The notes under the pieces are model-generated. The model was given only the letters and a program-made list of their open reading frames with translations. It was not told where the DNA came from and did not search any database. DNA of 64,000 nt from Alistipes sp. (GTDB lineage Bacteria; Bacteroidota; Bacteroidia; Bacteroidales; Rikenellaceae): the NCBI GenBank assembly GCA_045630065.1, contig JAZQSN010000079.1:7119-71118 (forward strand). Direction: 5' to 3'. The position numbers were made by a program, and so were the translations under genes. Position 1 is the first letter of the stretch. Every line of letters starts with the position of its first letter. Positions 29,456 to 39,699 of the stretch are shown here, piece after piece.

Positions 29456-30835
29456 TTAGTTAAACTTCTGACGAACAAACCATCTATCCTCGCCGAAGAG
29501 GTTTAGGCCCAACGAAAATTTATAATAAGTCTGTCGAATCGTTCCCGCAGCTTTGTCGCTAATCATAATAGTATCGCTATCGGGACGTCGCATACCTGCC
29601 TCAAAACCTAAGTTAATCGATGAGCGGCCAAACAAACGGATGGGAAATCCCAAACCAGCAGTCACTGCATATTGCTTAACACGTCCGCCGCCAAAGGTCT
29701 GGTAGTAATCTCCCATACGGGCACCTACTCGATACGACACACGATTAAGGTAGTGTGCTACATCAGAGTAGCGAGGTGTCACCTCAAGGCCAACCTTCAC
29801 GGTGTGGGTATCGGTATACGCTACGCGAACTCCCGTGCCATCGCTCTCTACAAAATCAACATTGCGGTTACCCCAGTCCTGGTATACATAGTCGGCACCC
29901 AAACGAATCTTCAAAGTCTGGTAGAAGAAACCCACAGACACCTGCTGTGGCAATCGCAAGGGCAACGCGCTATCCTCCTCCAAGCGAACTACCGATTCGA
30001 GAATGTTGTCAACGTAAACATACTTCACCATATCGGGATTCACCGCTCCACCCAAGTCGTAAGTTGCTCCAAAGGTAAGAATGCGCTGGTCCTGATAAAT
30101 AGGATTCCACATTATACCTGCCTGAAACTTGATGCGTGACACATCGTAGGTATCAATGCCTCGGGTCGAAAAGTAAGAACCATCACCTGTAATGTTGGTT
30201 ACAACAGTATTGTAACTACGGTTGATGTTACCCCAATAATACATCGCTGCAACACCAATGGCTAAGCTACGAACGGGCTTCCAACCCAAACCCGCCTTAA
30301 CCTCGGTTACGTCACCATCGCCGGTGTACTGATAGTTAACTCGGCCAATGTTTCCGATAATATCATCCGACAAGTCGTCGCGGTACATATTGTAACCCAC
30401 ATTGCTGTAGGGGGTAAGACTAAATCCAAGACCAAGGTTCTTCGCCAAGGGCATCTGGAATGCAATATCGTGGATATTGACTGTATTGTATGCCGTGCGA
30501 ACCAAGTTGGTCTGGCTTGCTGCAAACTTATCCTGCACATTGCGGAAGTGACCACCCTCAACGCCAAAGTTGAAGAGGAAACTCTGCTGCGGGGTAAGAG
30601 CATATGCTGCAGGGTTCATTACGTTTACCATATTGTTGCTCCACACAGCTACGCCAATACCTCCCATCGAGCGCTGGATAACATTTCCTTTTGTCGACAA
30701 CTCTCCCATTCCGTACATTGAATAGGGGGAGTAAGTATTAACACTGCTGGTCAACTGCTGCGCGGCTACGCCCATTGGCATCAGCAATAATATGGCTATA
30801 ATAGTTCTAAAAAACGTCGTCTTCAATGCTTGCAT
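29456..30835 (-). CDS. Outer membrane beta-barrel protein (FadL-like)
   Basis: Signal peptide; 'SPYSMYGMGE', 'SMGG', 'NPAA' and 'LTPYSNVGY'; amphipathic strands ending 'WFVRQKFN'. Confidence 0.75.
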   Translation of the reverse strand: MQALKTTFFRTIIAILLLMPMGVAAQQLTSSVNTYSPYSMYGMGELSTKGNVIQRSMGGIGVAVWSNNMVNVMNPAAYALTPQQSFLFNFGVEGGHFRNVQDKFAASQTNLVRTAYNTVNIHDIAFQMPLAKNLGLGFSLTPYSNVGYNMYRDDLSDDIIGNIGRVNYQYTGDGDVTEVKAGLGWKPVRSLAIGVAAMYYWGNINRSYNTVVTNITGDGSYFSTRGIDTYDVSRIKFQAGIMWNPIYQDQRILTFGATYDLGGAVNPDMVKYVYVDNILESVVRLEEDSALPLRLPQQVSVGFFYQTLKIRLGADYVYQDWGNRNVDFVESDGTGVRVAYTDTHTVKVGLEVTPRYSDVAHYLNRVSYRVGARMGDYYQTFGGGRVKQYAVTAGLGFPIRLFGRSSINLGFEAGMRRPDSDTIMISDKAAGTIRQTYYKFSLGLNLFGEDRWFVRQKFN

Positions 30836-31553
30836 TGTATTCTAAAATTCTGTTCAATCCGCAAAGTACCAGATTACATTTTGCAAATGTCGCATTTTTA
30901 ATTCGTTTAACAAAATATTTAGCGTCCCCACCCGTAAAAATTAACGATAATTTTGCATTTGACTGCATAAAATGGCATATATATCCTTCTATTTCGTTCA
31001 CTATGCCCTGCATTACCCCCTGTTCAATGGCTTCGCGGGTCGAACGACCGAGCATCGCCAGGCTGTCGGTAGGCTCGCATTCGGGGAGTCGACGAGTGTA
31101 GTCGTGCAACGCACGAAAACGAGTAGTCATTCCCGGTGATATGTTTCCTCCGCGGAAGACTCCATTCTCAACAAGGTCGATGGTAATGGCTGTGCCAAAA
31201 TCCACTATCAGACAATCCTTGCAACCCATAACCTCAACGGCCGCCACGGCTGCCGCCAAACGGTCAACACCCAACGTCGAAGGGGTGAGGTAATCGTTAC
31301 CAATGGGTACTGCCGTGAGCGAATTCATCGCCAACACCTTCAATCCCATTGCCTTGAGCGAAAGGGTAATTTCCCCGGTACTTTCGCCCGTCGATGCCAC
31401 TATGGCTCGCTCGATTGTGGGATACAGCGTGTGCCACTCACCCGCAATAACTTCCTTCGACGAGGCATAGGCCTGCGAGAAAAGCACCTCATCACCCTCA
31501 ACGACAGCGACTTTGATGCGAGTATTTCCAATATCGACCACTAAATTCATCAT
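30807..31553 (-). CDS. coaX: Type III pantothenate kinase
   Basis: 'VVDIGNTRIK', 'LGVDR', 'VDFGTAITID', 'GGNISPG' and 'TGGD'. Confidence 0.95.
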   Translation of the reverse strand: MMNLVVDIGNTRIKVAVVEGDEVLFSQAYASSKEVIAGEWHTLYPTIERAIVASTGESTGEITLSLKAMGLKVLAMNSLTAVPIGNDYLTPSTLGVDRLAAAVAAVEVMGCKDCLIVDFGTAITIDLVENGVFRGGNISPGMTTRFRALHDYTRRLPECEPTDSLAMLGRSTREAIEQGVMQGIVNEIEGYICHFMQSNAKLSLIFTGGDAKYFVKRIKNATFAKCNLVLCGLNRILEYNASIEDDVF

Positions 31554-31562
31554 CGTAAGGGG

Positions 31563-34500
31563 CTATAAGGTTCTCAATGTTGCAACGGCCTCCGCTACGT
31601 TGTTTACTCTTCTAACGGTCATCGCCAGACGATTATTGTGTTGCTTGAGCACAAATCGGTCGGGATGTGCAGTGATGGTACGCAACATATCCATAAATGT
31701 ATCGCTCTTGTAGTAGGGTGAATTCTGTTCGCCGACGAAGTGTACAATCATCAATCCATTCTTCACCTTAACGCGCTCCATACCCAATCGTACCGCCTCC
31801 CAACGCAGGCGAACAACGTTAAGCAACTCGCGTGCAGCCTCAGGCAGAGCGCCAAAGCGGTCGACCAATCGGCTCTCGAATGCAACCAGCTCATCCTCCT
31901 TGCGGAAAGAGTCCAACTCACGATATAGGCGCAACTTCTCGGCAGGCTGACGCACATACGAATCGGGCAACTCGGCCAACATATCGAGTTCGATTACAGA
32001 GTCGTCGATATAGGCCTCGGTCTTTACAGTCTGTGCCTCCTCTTCGCTTAGGCCCTCAACATCGAGACCCTCGGCACGCAACTCGGCAATAGCCTGGCGC
32101 ATAATCTTTTGATAGGTCTCAAAACCGATGTCGGCAATAAATCCGCTCTGCTCGGCACCCAATAGGTTACCCGCACCGCGAATATCCAAATCCTGCATAG
32201 CGATATTGAAACCCGAGCCCAAATCCGAGAACTCCTCGATGGCTCGCAGACGGCGACGTGCATCGTCAGTGAGCAACTCCTCGGGCGGAGTTATCAGATA
32301 ACAATAGGCCTTGCGGTTGCTTCTTCCCACGCGACCACGCAACTGATGCAGGTCGCTCAGACCGTAGTAGTGGGCATTATTAATTATTATGGTATTAGCA
32401 TTTGGAATATCTATTCCGCTTTCCATAATGGTTGTTGCTACCAGCACATCGAACTCACCATAAATAAAGTCCATAATGAGCTTCTCCAGCTGTTCCGAGG
32501 GCATCTTACCGTGACCTATGGCCACACGCGCCTTGGGGCAGATGCGGGTAATCATACCCTGCAAGGTCATCAGGTCCTCTACCCTATTGTTCACGAAGTA
32601 GACCTGACCACCACGCGAGAGCTCCTCCTCGATGGCATCGCGGATGATATCCTCCGAGAAGATATGCGACTCGGTAAGAATAGGCTGACGGTTGGGCGGA
32701 GCGGTTGAGATAACCGACAAGTCACGTGAGCCCATAAGAGAGAACTGCAACGTACGCGGGATGGGTGTAGCCGTGAGTGTAAGCGTATCAACATTCACGC
32801 TCATCTGCGTGAGCTTCTCTTTGGCCGCTACGCCAAACTTCTGCTCCTCGTCAATAATGAGCAAGCCCAAATCCTTGAACTTAATCTGCTTGCCTAATAT
32901 CTTGTGTGTTCCGATAAGAATATCAATCTTACCGGCCTCCAAATCGGCCGCAATCTCACGAGTCTGCTTGGCTGTCTTCGAGCGGTTGAGATACTCTATA
33001 CGAACGGGGAAATCTCGCAGGCGCTCCATAAACGAGCGGTAGTGCTGCAAGGCTAGAATAGTAGTGGGGACCAACACTGCCACCTGCTTGCCATCGACGG
33101 CAGCCTTGAATGCTGCACGTATAGCCACCTCAGTCTTACCGAAGCCCACATCACCGCACACCAGACGATCCATAGGCTCCGTCGACTCCATATCGCGCTT
33201 AACAGCCTCGATGGCCGCCTGCTGATCGGGGGTCTCCTCCCACTTGAACGAGGCCTCCATCTCATTTTGCAGATAGCTATCGGCCGAGAATGCGAAGCCT
33301 TTGCTCGCCTTACGCTTGGCATAAAGTGCAATAAGCTCACGCGAAATATCCTTAACGGCCTTCTTAGTTGCCGTCTTGAGCTTCTGCCAAGCACCATTAC
33401 CCAACTTATATATTTTCGGAGCCTCACCCTCGCCACTCTTGTAGCGCGAGATACGATGCAACGAGTGTACATTTACGAACAACACATCGTTATCCTTATA
33501 CACCAGTTTGATTGCCTCGTGAAGCTTGCCGTTCTCGTTAATCTTCACCAATCCGCCAAAGCGGCCTACACCGTGGTCGATGTGTACAACATAGTCGCCC
33601 ATCTTCAGAGCATTTAGCTCCGCCACGGTCATCTGCTCATCACGCTTAATCTCGCCATTGATGCGATAGCGACGGTAGCGGTCGAAAATCTGATGGTCGG
33701 TATAGAGGCACACCTTCAGACCATTATCGACAAAACCCTCGTGAAGCGTGAGCGGAATGGCCTCAAAGGATATGTTGCGACGGCCCATCTGGTGGAATAT
33801 ATTATCCAGACGCTCAATCTGCGCCTTGCTCTCAGAAAGGATGTAGGTCTGATAGCCCTTTAGTATCGAATCTGCAATATCATCGGCCAGCACCTCGAAG
33901 TTTTTATTGAACTTGGGCTGGGGCGTTGTAGCAAACAGAATGGTCTCGTCGGCCACACGCTCGGTGAGATTATCTCTCAATAGGCATACACGACACTCCT
34001 CCATATCGGCGAGCAATGTCTTACGGCTGGTCATCAGGCTATCAATCTTCGATGGTTCCTCCATCTCTCCCAACAATCTGCGACGCAGGTCGTTCACACG
34101 CTTGAGCACATACTCGGCATCGTAGAACCAACAGGTAGCCTCACCAGCAAAACGCATAAGCGATACCTTCTCCATCTCGGTAGAGTTCATATTAGGAATA
34201 ATCTCCACCTCGTCGGCCCTATCGTGCGAGAGCTGACTTGAGATGTTAAAGCGACGAATAGAATCAATCTCGTCACCAAAGAAGTCGAAACGAAATGGTC
34301 TTGACTCCGAATATGAGAAGACATCGACAATACCGCCACGCAGTGAATACTGCCCCGGCTCATAGACAAAATCGACCTGATAGAAACCCTGTTCGATGAG
34401 TTGCTCCTCCAGATCGGCTATGCGAATACTCTGCCCCACCTTGAGATGGATGCTACGCTCATTGAGTGCCTTCTCGTCGGCCACGCGCTCGGCTATAGCC

Positions 34501-34883
34501 TCGGGATAGGTACAGATAACAACATAACCGTCGCGATAATGACGCACGGCATTGAGCGCATTAGTGCGCTGCACGATGCCCTGGGCATCCTCCTTGCCGT
34601 AGATGATTGAACGTTTATATGAAGTGGGGAAGAAGTGAACACGCTCCTCGTCCAGCAGAGCATAGAAGTCATTGAGCATATATGCCGCCGTGTCGCGATC
34701 CTCCGCCACAAAGATATGCACGCCACCAGCCTGACGCACCAAAGCCGACGAATAGAGCGAAAGAGCCCCACCGACCAAATTCTCAAGATGGACGGTGACG
34801 CTCTTCTTTCTATGTTCTTTGAGTAGTCGAGCAAAAGGCTTCGAGCCCTCCACTCGTTGCAATATATTCTCTATACTCTCCAC
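31563..34883 (-). CDS. mfd: Transcription-repair coupling factor
   Basis: UvrB-like module, RID 'VVHIDHGVG', 'GDVGFGKTEVA', 'DEEQKFGV', 'TATPIPRTL' and 'QLRGRVGR'. Confidence 0.97.
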   Translation of the reverse strand: MESIENILQRVEGSKPFARLLKEHRKKSVTVHLENLVGGALSLYSSALVRQAGGVHIFVAEDRDTAAYMLNDFYALLDEERVHFFPTSYKRSIIYGKEDAQGIVQRTNALNAVRHYRDGYVVICTYPEAIAERVADEKALNERSIHLKVGQSIRIADLEEQLIEQGFYQVDFVYEPGQYSLRGGIVDVFSYSESRPFRFDFFGDEIDSIRRFNISSQLSHDRADEVEIIPNMNSTEMEKVSLMRFAGEATCWFYDAEYVLKRVNDLRRRLLGEMEEPSKIDSLMTSRKTLLADMEECRVCLLRDNLTERVADETILFATTPQPKFNKNFEVLADDIADSILKGYQTYILSESKAQIERLDNIFHQMGRRNISFEAIPLTLHEGFVDNGLKVCLYTDHQIFDRYRRYRINGEIKRDEQMTVAELNALKMGDYVVHIDHGVGRFGGLVKINENGKLHEAIKLVYKDNDVLFVNVHSLHRISRYKSGEGEAPKIYKLGNGAWQKLKTATKKAVKDISRELIALYAKRKASKGFAFSADSYLQNEMEASFKWEETPDQQAAIEAVKRDMESTEPMDRLVCGDVGFGKTEVAIRAAFKAAVDGKQVAVLVPTTILALQHYRSFMERLRDFPVRIEYLNRSKTAKQTREIAADLEAGKIDILIGTHKILGKQIKFKDLGLLIIDEEQKFGVAAKEKLTQMSVNVDTLTLTATPIPRTLQFSLMGSRDLSVISTAPPNRQPILTESHIFSEDIIRDAIEEELSRGGQVYFVNNRVEDLMTLQGMITRICPKARVAIGHGKMPSEQLEKLIMDFIYGEFDVLVATTIMESGIDIPNANTIIINNAHYYGLSDLHQLRGRVGRSNRKAYCYLITPPEELLTDDARRRLRAIEEFSDLGSGFNIAMQDLDIRGAGNLLGAEQSGFIADIGFETYQKIMRQAIAELRAEGLDVEGLSEEEAQTVKTEAYIDDSVIELDMLAELPDSYVRQPAEKLRLYRELDSFRKEDELVAFESRLVDRFGALPEAARELLNVVRLRWEAVRLGMERVKVKNGLMIVHFVGEQNSPYYKSDTFMDMLRTITAHPDRFVLKQHNNRLAMTVRRVNNVAEAVATLRTL

Positions 34884-34945
34884 TATGCAGAGATTTTATT
34901 CTCTTCGCTCTCGACTCGTATCTTAGCGCCTGGCGGCAACCCAAT

Positions 34946-36493
34946 TTACTCGATGAGCAACTCACCCGCCTTGTCGAGATAACGTACATCGACCATTCCC
35001 ATACTTTGGTCGGCTACAATCTGCAACTTAATCTTATAACGCCAAGCCCAGCGACGACGCAACGACCAAAGACCAGCCTTCAAGTACGACGCTACATAGG
35101 GGCTCACGCGCAACGAAACGTATTTCACACCACGATCCTCGGCCAAAAACTGGAGCTGATTCTCAATCTTGCGGTCGAGCAACACGGTTGGCTCAATGCG
35201 TCCCGAGCCGTTACAAGTGGGACACACATCGGTCACATCCTCCACAGCCACGGGGCGTACTCGCTGGCGAGTGATCTGCATCAGACCGAACTTGGTGAGC
35301 GGAAGGATGGTATGCTTGGCCTTATCGGTGGCCATCAGCTTCTGCATCTCCTCGTACAACAGCTGGCGGTTTTGCGCCTTGTGCAGGTCGATGAAGTCGA
35401 TAATGACAATACCGCCCAAGTCGCGCAAACGCAGCTGGCGGGCAATCTCCTTGGCGGCGGCCAGGTTGACGGTCATCGCCGTCTCCTCCTGATTATCCTC
35501 TGCCTTGGTGCGGTTACCCGAGTTGACGTCGATGACGTTCATAGCCTCGGTGTGCTCGATGATTAGGTATGCTCCGCGCTTGAGCGACACATACTTTGCA
35601 AAGAGCGACTTAATTTGTTTCGATATATCGAAGTTGTCGAAGATGGGCACTGTACCTTTGTACAACTTAACAATCTTCTCCAACTGGGGATCGATTACTT
35701 TGATATAGTTTTTAATCTCGCGATACATTGCCTCGTCATCAACGGTGACCTGTGAGAAGGTCGAATTCAGAGAATCGCGGATTATGGTATTGGCTCTGTT
35801 CATCTCGCTCATCAAAAGAGCGGGAGCCTCTTTTTTGCGAATGTTACCTACAGCCTTATTCCATCGCTCAATCAGAGAGAGGATATCCTGCTCGATATCG
35901 GCATCTTGTGCCTCGGCAGCTGCGGTGCGTATGATAACGCCGAAATTGTTGGGAAGCACACCTGCGGCAATACGACGCAAGCGCTTTTTGGTTTCGTTAG
36001 AACGAATCTTCTGTGATATAGATATTTTATTGGTGAAGGGCACCAATACTACATTACGTCCCGCAAGCGAGATGTCGGTCGTTAGACGCGGGCCCTTGGT
36101 CGAGATAGCCTCTTTGGCCACCTGCACCATTACGGTTTGCCCCACCTGAAGGTATGATGTGAGCTTGCCCTGCTTGTCGATGTTGGGCTCAAGCTTCATC
36201 GTCTCCACCTTAACTCCTCGACGACCCGGCTGACGACTGTCGACAACCTTCTGCAGCGAGAGGAACTGGCTTCCCAAATCGAGATAATGGATAAATGCGT
36301 CCTTTTCGTGACCTATATTGACGAAAGCAGCATTCAATCCCGGCATAATTTTACGCACCTTACCCAGATAGATATCGCCTACCGAAAAACCGGTCTTGCA
36401 CTGCTCTTTGCTAAGCTCGACAAGAACCTTGTCCTCGCATAGAGCGATGGTAATCTCGGACGGGGTAACGTTTATTACTAACTCTCGATTCAT
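34946..36493 (-). CDS. Rne/Rng family ribonuclease
   Basis: S1 domain 'GDIYLGKV', 'KGPRLT', 'IDVNSG' and 'LRDLGGIVIIDFID'; CxxC zinc link. Confidence 0.94.
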   Translation of the reverse strand: MNRELVINVTPSEITIALCEDKVLVELSKEQCKTGFSVGDIYLGKVRKIMPGLNAAFVNIGHEKDAFIHYLDLGSQFLSLQKVVDSRQPGRRGVKVETMKLEPNIDKQGKLTSYLQVGQTVMVQVAKEAISTKGPRLTTDISLAGRNVVLVPFTNKISISQKIRSNETKKRLRRIAAGVLPNNFGVIIRTAAAEAQDADIEQDILSLIERWNKAVGNIRKKEAPALLMSEMNRANTIIRDSLNSTFSQVTVDDEAMYREIKNYIKVIDPQLEKIVKLYKGTVPIFDNFDISKQIKSLFAKYVSLKRGAYLIIEHTEAMNVIDVNSGNRTKAEDNQEETAMTVNLAAAKEIARQLRLRDLGGIVIIDFIDLHKAQNRQLLYEEMQKLMATDKAKHTILPLTKFGLMQITRQRVRPVAVEDVTDVCPTCNGSGRIEPTVLLDRKIENQLQFLAEDRGVKYVSLRVSPYVASYLKAGLWSLRRRWAWRYKIKLQIVADQSMGMVDVRYLDKAGELLIE

Positions 36494-36516
36494 TGTAAAT
36501 AATGATTATTAAAAAT

Positions 36517-36570
36517 AGGTAAAGGTAAAGGGCGTTAGACAATAAAAACCCTTTACCTTTTATTCTACCT
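36517..36570 (-). terminator. Long stem-loop between bS22 and rne/rng (terminator or leader structure)
   Basis: Perfect 12-bp stem aaaggtaaaggg/ccctttaccttt, extendable by aggta/tacct, followed by a short T tract on the minus strand. Confidence 0.55.
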
Positions 36571-36602
36571 ACTTGCTAACGCAGTTTAATCGACTACAAA
36601 GA

Positions 36603-36692
36603 TTACTTCTTCTTGTGACGATTCTTACGAAGACGCTTCTTACGCTTGTGCGTAGCCATCTTATGACGCTTGTGCTTCTTTCCGTTTGGCAT
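36603..36692 (-). CDS. 30S ribosomal protein bS22 (AURKAIP1/COX24 domain), 29 aa (not in ORF track)
   Basis: MPNGKKHKRHKMATHKRKKRLRKNRHKKK* matches the family pattern; A-rich upstream region. Confidence 0.9.
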   Translation of the reverse strand: MPNGKKHKRHKMATHKRKKRLRKNRHKKK

Positions 36693-36725
36693 AGTCTTAT
36701 TTTTTTTAATTGGTTATTAAGTTTC

Positions 36726-36998
36726 TTACTTAATCTTTGCAACGAAGCTCTTAGCGGGCTTGAATGCGGGGATGTTGTGCTCGGGAATAGTGATGGTAGT
36801 ATTCTTTGAGATATTACGAGCTACCTTTGTAGCACGCTTCTTGATAATGAAGCTACCAAAACCGCGCAAATATACATTATTCTGCTCAGCGAGCGAATTT
36901 CTAACGTTCTCCATAAATGCCTCTACGATTGTCTGCACCAAAACCTTCTCGGCACCGGTACTCTTGGCAATTTCATTAACGATATCAGCCTTAGTCAT
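36726..36998 (-). CDS. HU/IHF family DNA-binding protein
   Basis: 'MTKADIV', 'VYLRGFGSF', 'ARNI' and 'IPAFKP'. Confidence 0.95.
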   Translation of the reverse strand: MTKADIVNEIAKSTGAEKVLVQTIVEAFMENVRNSLAEQNNVYLRGFGSFIIKKRATKVARNISKNTTITIPEHNIPAFKPAKSFVAKIK

Positions 36999-37044
36999 AG
37001 TAATTATTTATTTGTAATTTAACACTTAATTCCTTTTGGGTTTG

Positions 37045-37052
37045 CAAATGTA
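37045..37052 (-). promoter_or_regulatory. -7 promoter element for HU-bS22
   Basis: TACATTTG on the minus strand. Confidence 0.6.
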
Positions 37053-37145
37053 CGACATTTTTAATGATTAACAAATTAAAAGTGTCTTTTTTTTCAACGA
37101 AATCAGCCTCGTAGCCCCTTTGTACGCAAAAACCTCGTTATTGAA

Positions 37146-37568
37146 CTATGGCATTTGGTTAAAAGCCGTAGCCAAACCCTCGATTGCCTTATCCAAGCCC
37201 TCCTGCAATTTGCTACCGAGCATCATTCGCATCATCATATTCAGATCGGCGTGCAGAACCATTCGCATACGAGTGTCGGCTTCGTTCACCTCGTGCAACT
37301 GGATCCAGAACGAGAAATCGATAGGCAAACCGCCCTGCTCGTTATCACCAGAAATTTTGATGTGCTTATTCTCCACTCGCTCAACAATACGCAGAGCCAC
37401 TGTAAAGCCCTTTACCTTGAACGAGCAGGTATCCTCCGTAGCATTCCACTCCTCTACCTTATCCTGCAATGCAGGGGTAAGCATATCGAAGCGAGTGATA
37501 AAGGGATAGATACGGCCGGCACTCTTGAGCACCTGCTGCTGTTTAGATTCATATTTTTCCAAACCCAT
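37146..37568 (-). CDS. SRPBCC/START-like protein
   Basis: 140 aa helix-grip pattern; C-terminal 'LHADLNMMMRMMLGSKLQEGLDK' resembles Bacteroidota SRPBCC proteins. Confidence 0.65.
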   Translation of the reverse strand: MGLEKYESKQQQVLKSAGRIYPFITRFDMLTPALQDKVEEWNATEDTCSFKVKGFTVALRIVERVENKHIKISGDNEQGGLPIDFSFWIQLHEVNEADTRMRMVLHADLNMMMRMMLGSKLQEGLDKAIEGLATAFNQMP

Positions 37569-37594
37569 ACTTCAATTGTTTTAATCGTAAGCCA

Positions 37595-39571
37595 CTACTT
37601 ACCTGCCTTGTAGGCATCAACTCCGCTCTGGAGGAAATCAATGAAGCCCTGTACATCCAAATCGTAACCACGAGGAGTAACCATAGGTGTACCAGCGTTG
37701 CCCTGCAAAACGTAGTAAGGCTGAGCATTCACGCCATAGGTCTTCAGAGCGTAGTAAGAGTTAATCTTGCCCAAAGTTTTGAGCACCTTGCCAGCATCGG
37801 TAGTTACCCAGTCGGCCTCATCCACCTTCAACTTATCGTCGGCATAAAGTGCAACGATAACATACTCGCGACGAAGGATATCCAATACACGGGGGTCAGA
37901 CCACACGCGTGCCTCCATCTCACGGCAGTTAACGCAGCCGTGACCAGTAAAGTCAATGAACAATGGCTTGCCTACCTGCTTTGCGTAGGCTTCAGCCTCA
38001 GCCAAATCGAAGAAACCATCAAGGCCCAAAGGCAACTCCAATACATCGCCATACTTAACACCCGAGGTAGGTGTAGCAGCGCTCTCTGAAGAGCTTGATA
38101 CGCTACCCGAACCCATCACGAAGTCCTGCGACTGAATGGGAGGCAAGTAACCTGACAACGCCTTCAGGGGTGCACCCCACATACCCGGCAACATATATAC
38201 CACAAATGAGAATGCGATGATAGCCATCACCAAACGAGGTACCGAGAGGAAGGGCATATCGCTATCGTGCTTGAACTTGAGTTTACCCAACAAATAGAGG
38301 CCCAAGAGTGAGAAAATGGCGATCCACAATGCCAAATATACCTCGCGGTCGAGCAATCCCCAGTGATAGGTCTGATCGGCTACGCTAAGGAACTTAAGAC
38401 CGAGTGCAAGCTCCACAAAACCCAACACTACCTTCACCGAGTTGAGCCAACCACCGCTCTTAGGCAACTGCTTGAGCCAAGTGGGGAACAGGGCGAAGAG
38501 TGTGAACGGCAGAGCGAACACGGTAGAGAATGCCAACATAGTGATGATGGGGGTCCAGAACTCACCCGAAGTAGACTGAATCAAAACCGAGCCTACGATG
38601 GGACCTGTACAAGAGAACGACACCAACACCAATGTAAGAGCCATAAAGAAGATACCTGCAAGACCGCTCTTATCGGACTTTGCATCGCTATCGTTAACCA
38701 ACTTCTCGGGCAATACAATCTCGAACGCACCGAAGAACGATGCTGCAAAGACCATAAACACGGCAAAGAAGATAAGGTTAGGTAACCAGTGTGTAGCCAA
38801 CCAGTTAAAGATGTCGGCAGTAACAGCATCGCCACCAATCAACCAAGTAAGGAAAATGATAATGCCGATGGGGACGGTATAGAGAGTTACAATAAACAGA
38901 CCATACATCAACGCACGGAAACGGCCACGGGTAACGCTACCCGAACCCTTGAGGAAGAATGATACAGTCATAGGAATCATCGGGAACACGCAAGGAGTCA
39001 ACAGGGCAATCAACGCCCAGCCCACTGCGCTGAGGATGAAGCTCCACAACGAGCCTCCCTTAGCCACGGCATTGGCCGCTGCGGCACTCTCCTCGATGTT
39101 AGCCTCAGAAGCATCTGCTACGGGGCTACCAACTGTAATTGAGAAGTCGTTCTCGCCATTTACGCACTGGTCGCTACAAGCCTGCCACTCGACAGTACAC
39201 TTAACAACAGCACCCTCGGGAGCATTCACCACCTGAGAGAAAACAACTTCGCCATCGTAATGGCCAATCTCCATCTCAAATATCTCGTCCATCTGGCGTA
39301 CAGACTCTCGATTGGGCACAACACTACCCTCCAGCTCATAACCCACTATTGGATCGAAGATAAAGGTTGTTGCCAAAGGACCTCCCTCATAAGGACCAAG
39401 GTCGTAGAGGTGCCATCCCTCATCAACCGATGCCTTAAAATCGATGCGATACTGTCCCTCGCCAACCTGCTCAACCGATGTACTCCACGCTACGGGCTGC
39501 ATCATCATAGGCTGCGCTGCCACCACCATAGAGGCAACAACAGCAACAAGTGTTAGAAAAAAGTTTTTCAT
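37595..39571 (-). CDS. dsbD: Thiol:disulfide interchange protein DsbD
   Basis: N-domain 'QACSDQC', TM domain 'LTPCVFPMIP' and 'SFSCTGP', thioredoxin 'FTGHGCVNC'. Start uncertain (39571-39610). Confidence 0.92.
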   Translation of the reverse strand: MKNFFLTLVAVVASMVVAAQPMMMQPVAWSTSVEQVGEGQYRIDFKASVDEGWHLYDLGPYEGGPLATTFIFDPIVGYELEGSVVPNRESVRQMDEIFEMEIGHYDGEVVFSQVVNAPEGAVVKCTVEWQACSDQCVNGENDFSITVGSPVADASEANIEESAAAANAVAKGGSLWSFILSAVGWALIALLTPCVFPMIPMTVSFFLKGSGSVTRGRFRALMYGLFIVTLYTVPIGIIIFLTWLIGGDAVTADIFNWLATHWLPNLIFFAVFMVFAASFFGAFEIVLPEKLVNDSDAKSDKSGLAGIFFMALTLVLVSFSCTGPIVGSVLIQSTSGEFWTPIITMLAFSTVFALPFTLFALFPTWLKQLPKSGGWLNSVKVVLGFVELALGLKFLSVADQTYHWGLLDREVYLALWIAIFSLLGLYLLGKLKFKHDSDMPFLSVPRLVMAIIAFSFVVYMLPGMWGAPLKALSGYLPPIQSQDFVMGSGSVSSSSESAATPTSGVKYGDVLELPLGLDGFFDLAEAEAYAKQVGKPLFIDFTGHGCVNCREMEARVWSDPRVLDILRREYVIVALYADDKLKVDEADWVTTDAGKVLKTLGKINSYYALKTYGVNAQPYYVLQGNAGTPMVTPRGYDLDVQGFIDFLQSGVDAYKAGK

Positions 39572-39637
39572 CTTATTCATAATTTTACTTATCTTCATCT
39601 TTATCGGCACTGCATAGTGCCCAATTTATGCAAGGCG

Positions 39638-39645
39638 CAAAAATA
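39638..39645 (-). promoter_or_regulatory. -7 promoter element for dsbD
   Basis: TATTTTTG on the minus strand. Confidence 0.5.
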
Positions 39646-39647
39646 GC

Positions 39648-39683
39648 AAAAAAAACAGATTCCTGCAAATAAGAATCTGTTTT
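39648..39683 (-). terminator. Intrinsic terminator after porX-tsaE
   Basis: Stem aaaacagattc/gaatctgtttt followed by a T run on the minus strand. Confidence 0.7.
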
Positions 39684-39699
39684 ATAATCATTTTAATAG

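Noticed and set aside
36573-36809. 78-aa hydrophobic + strand ORF that looks like a membrane peptide
   Set aside because: It is the antisense of the Lys/Arg-rich bS22 and the HU 3' end; complementary codons explain the hydrophobicity.
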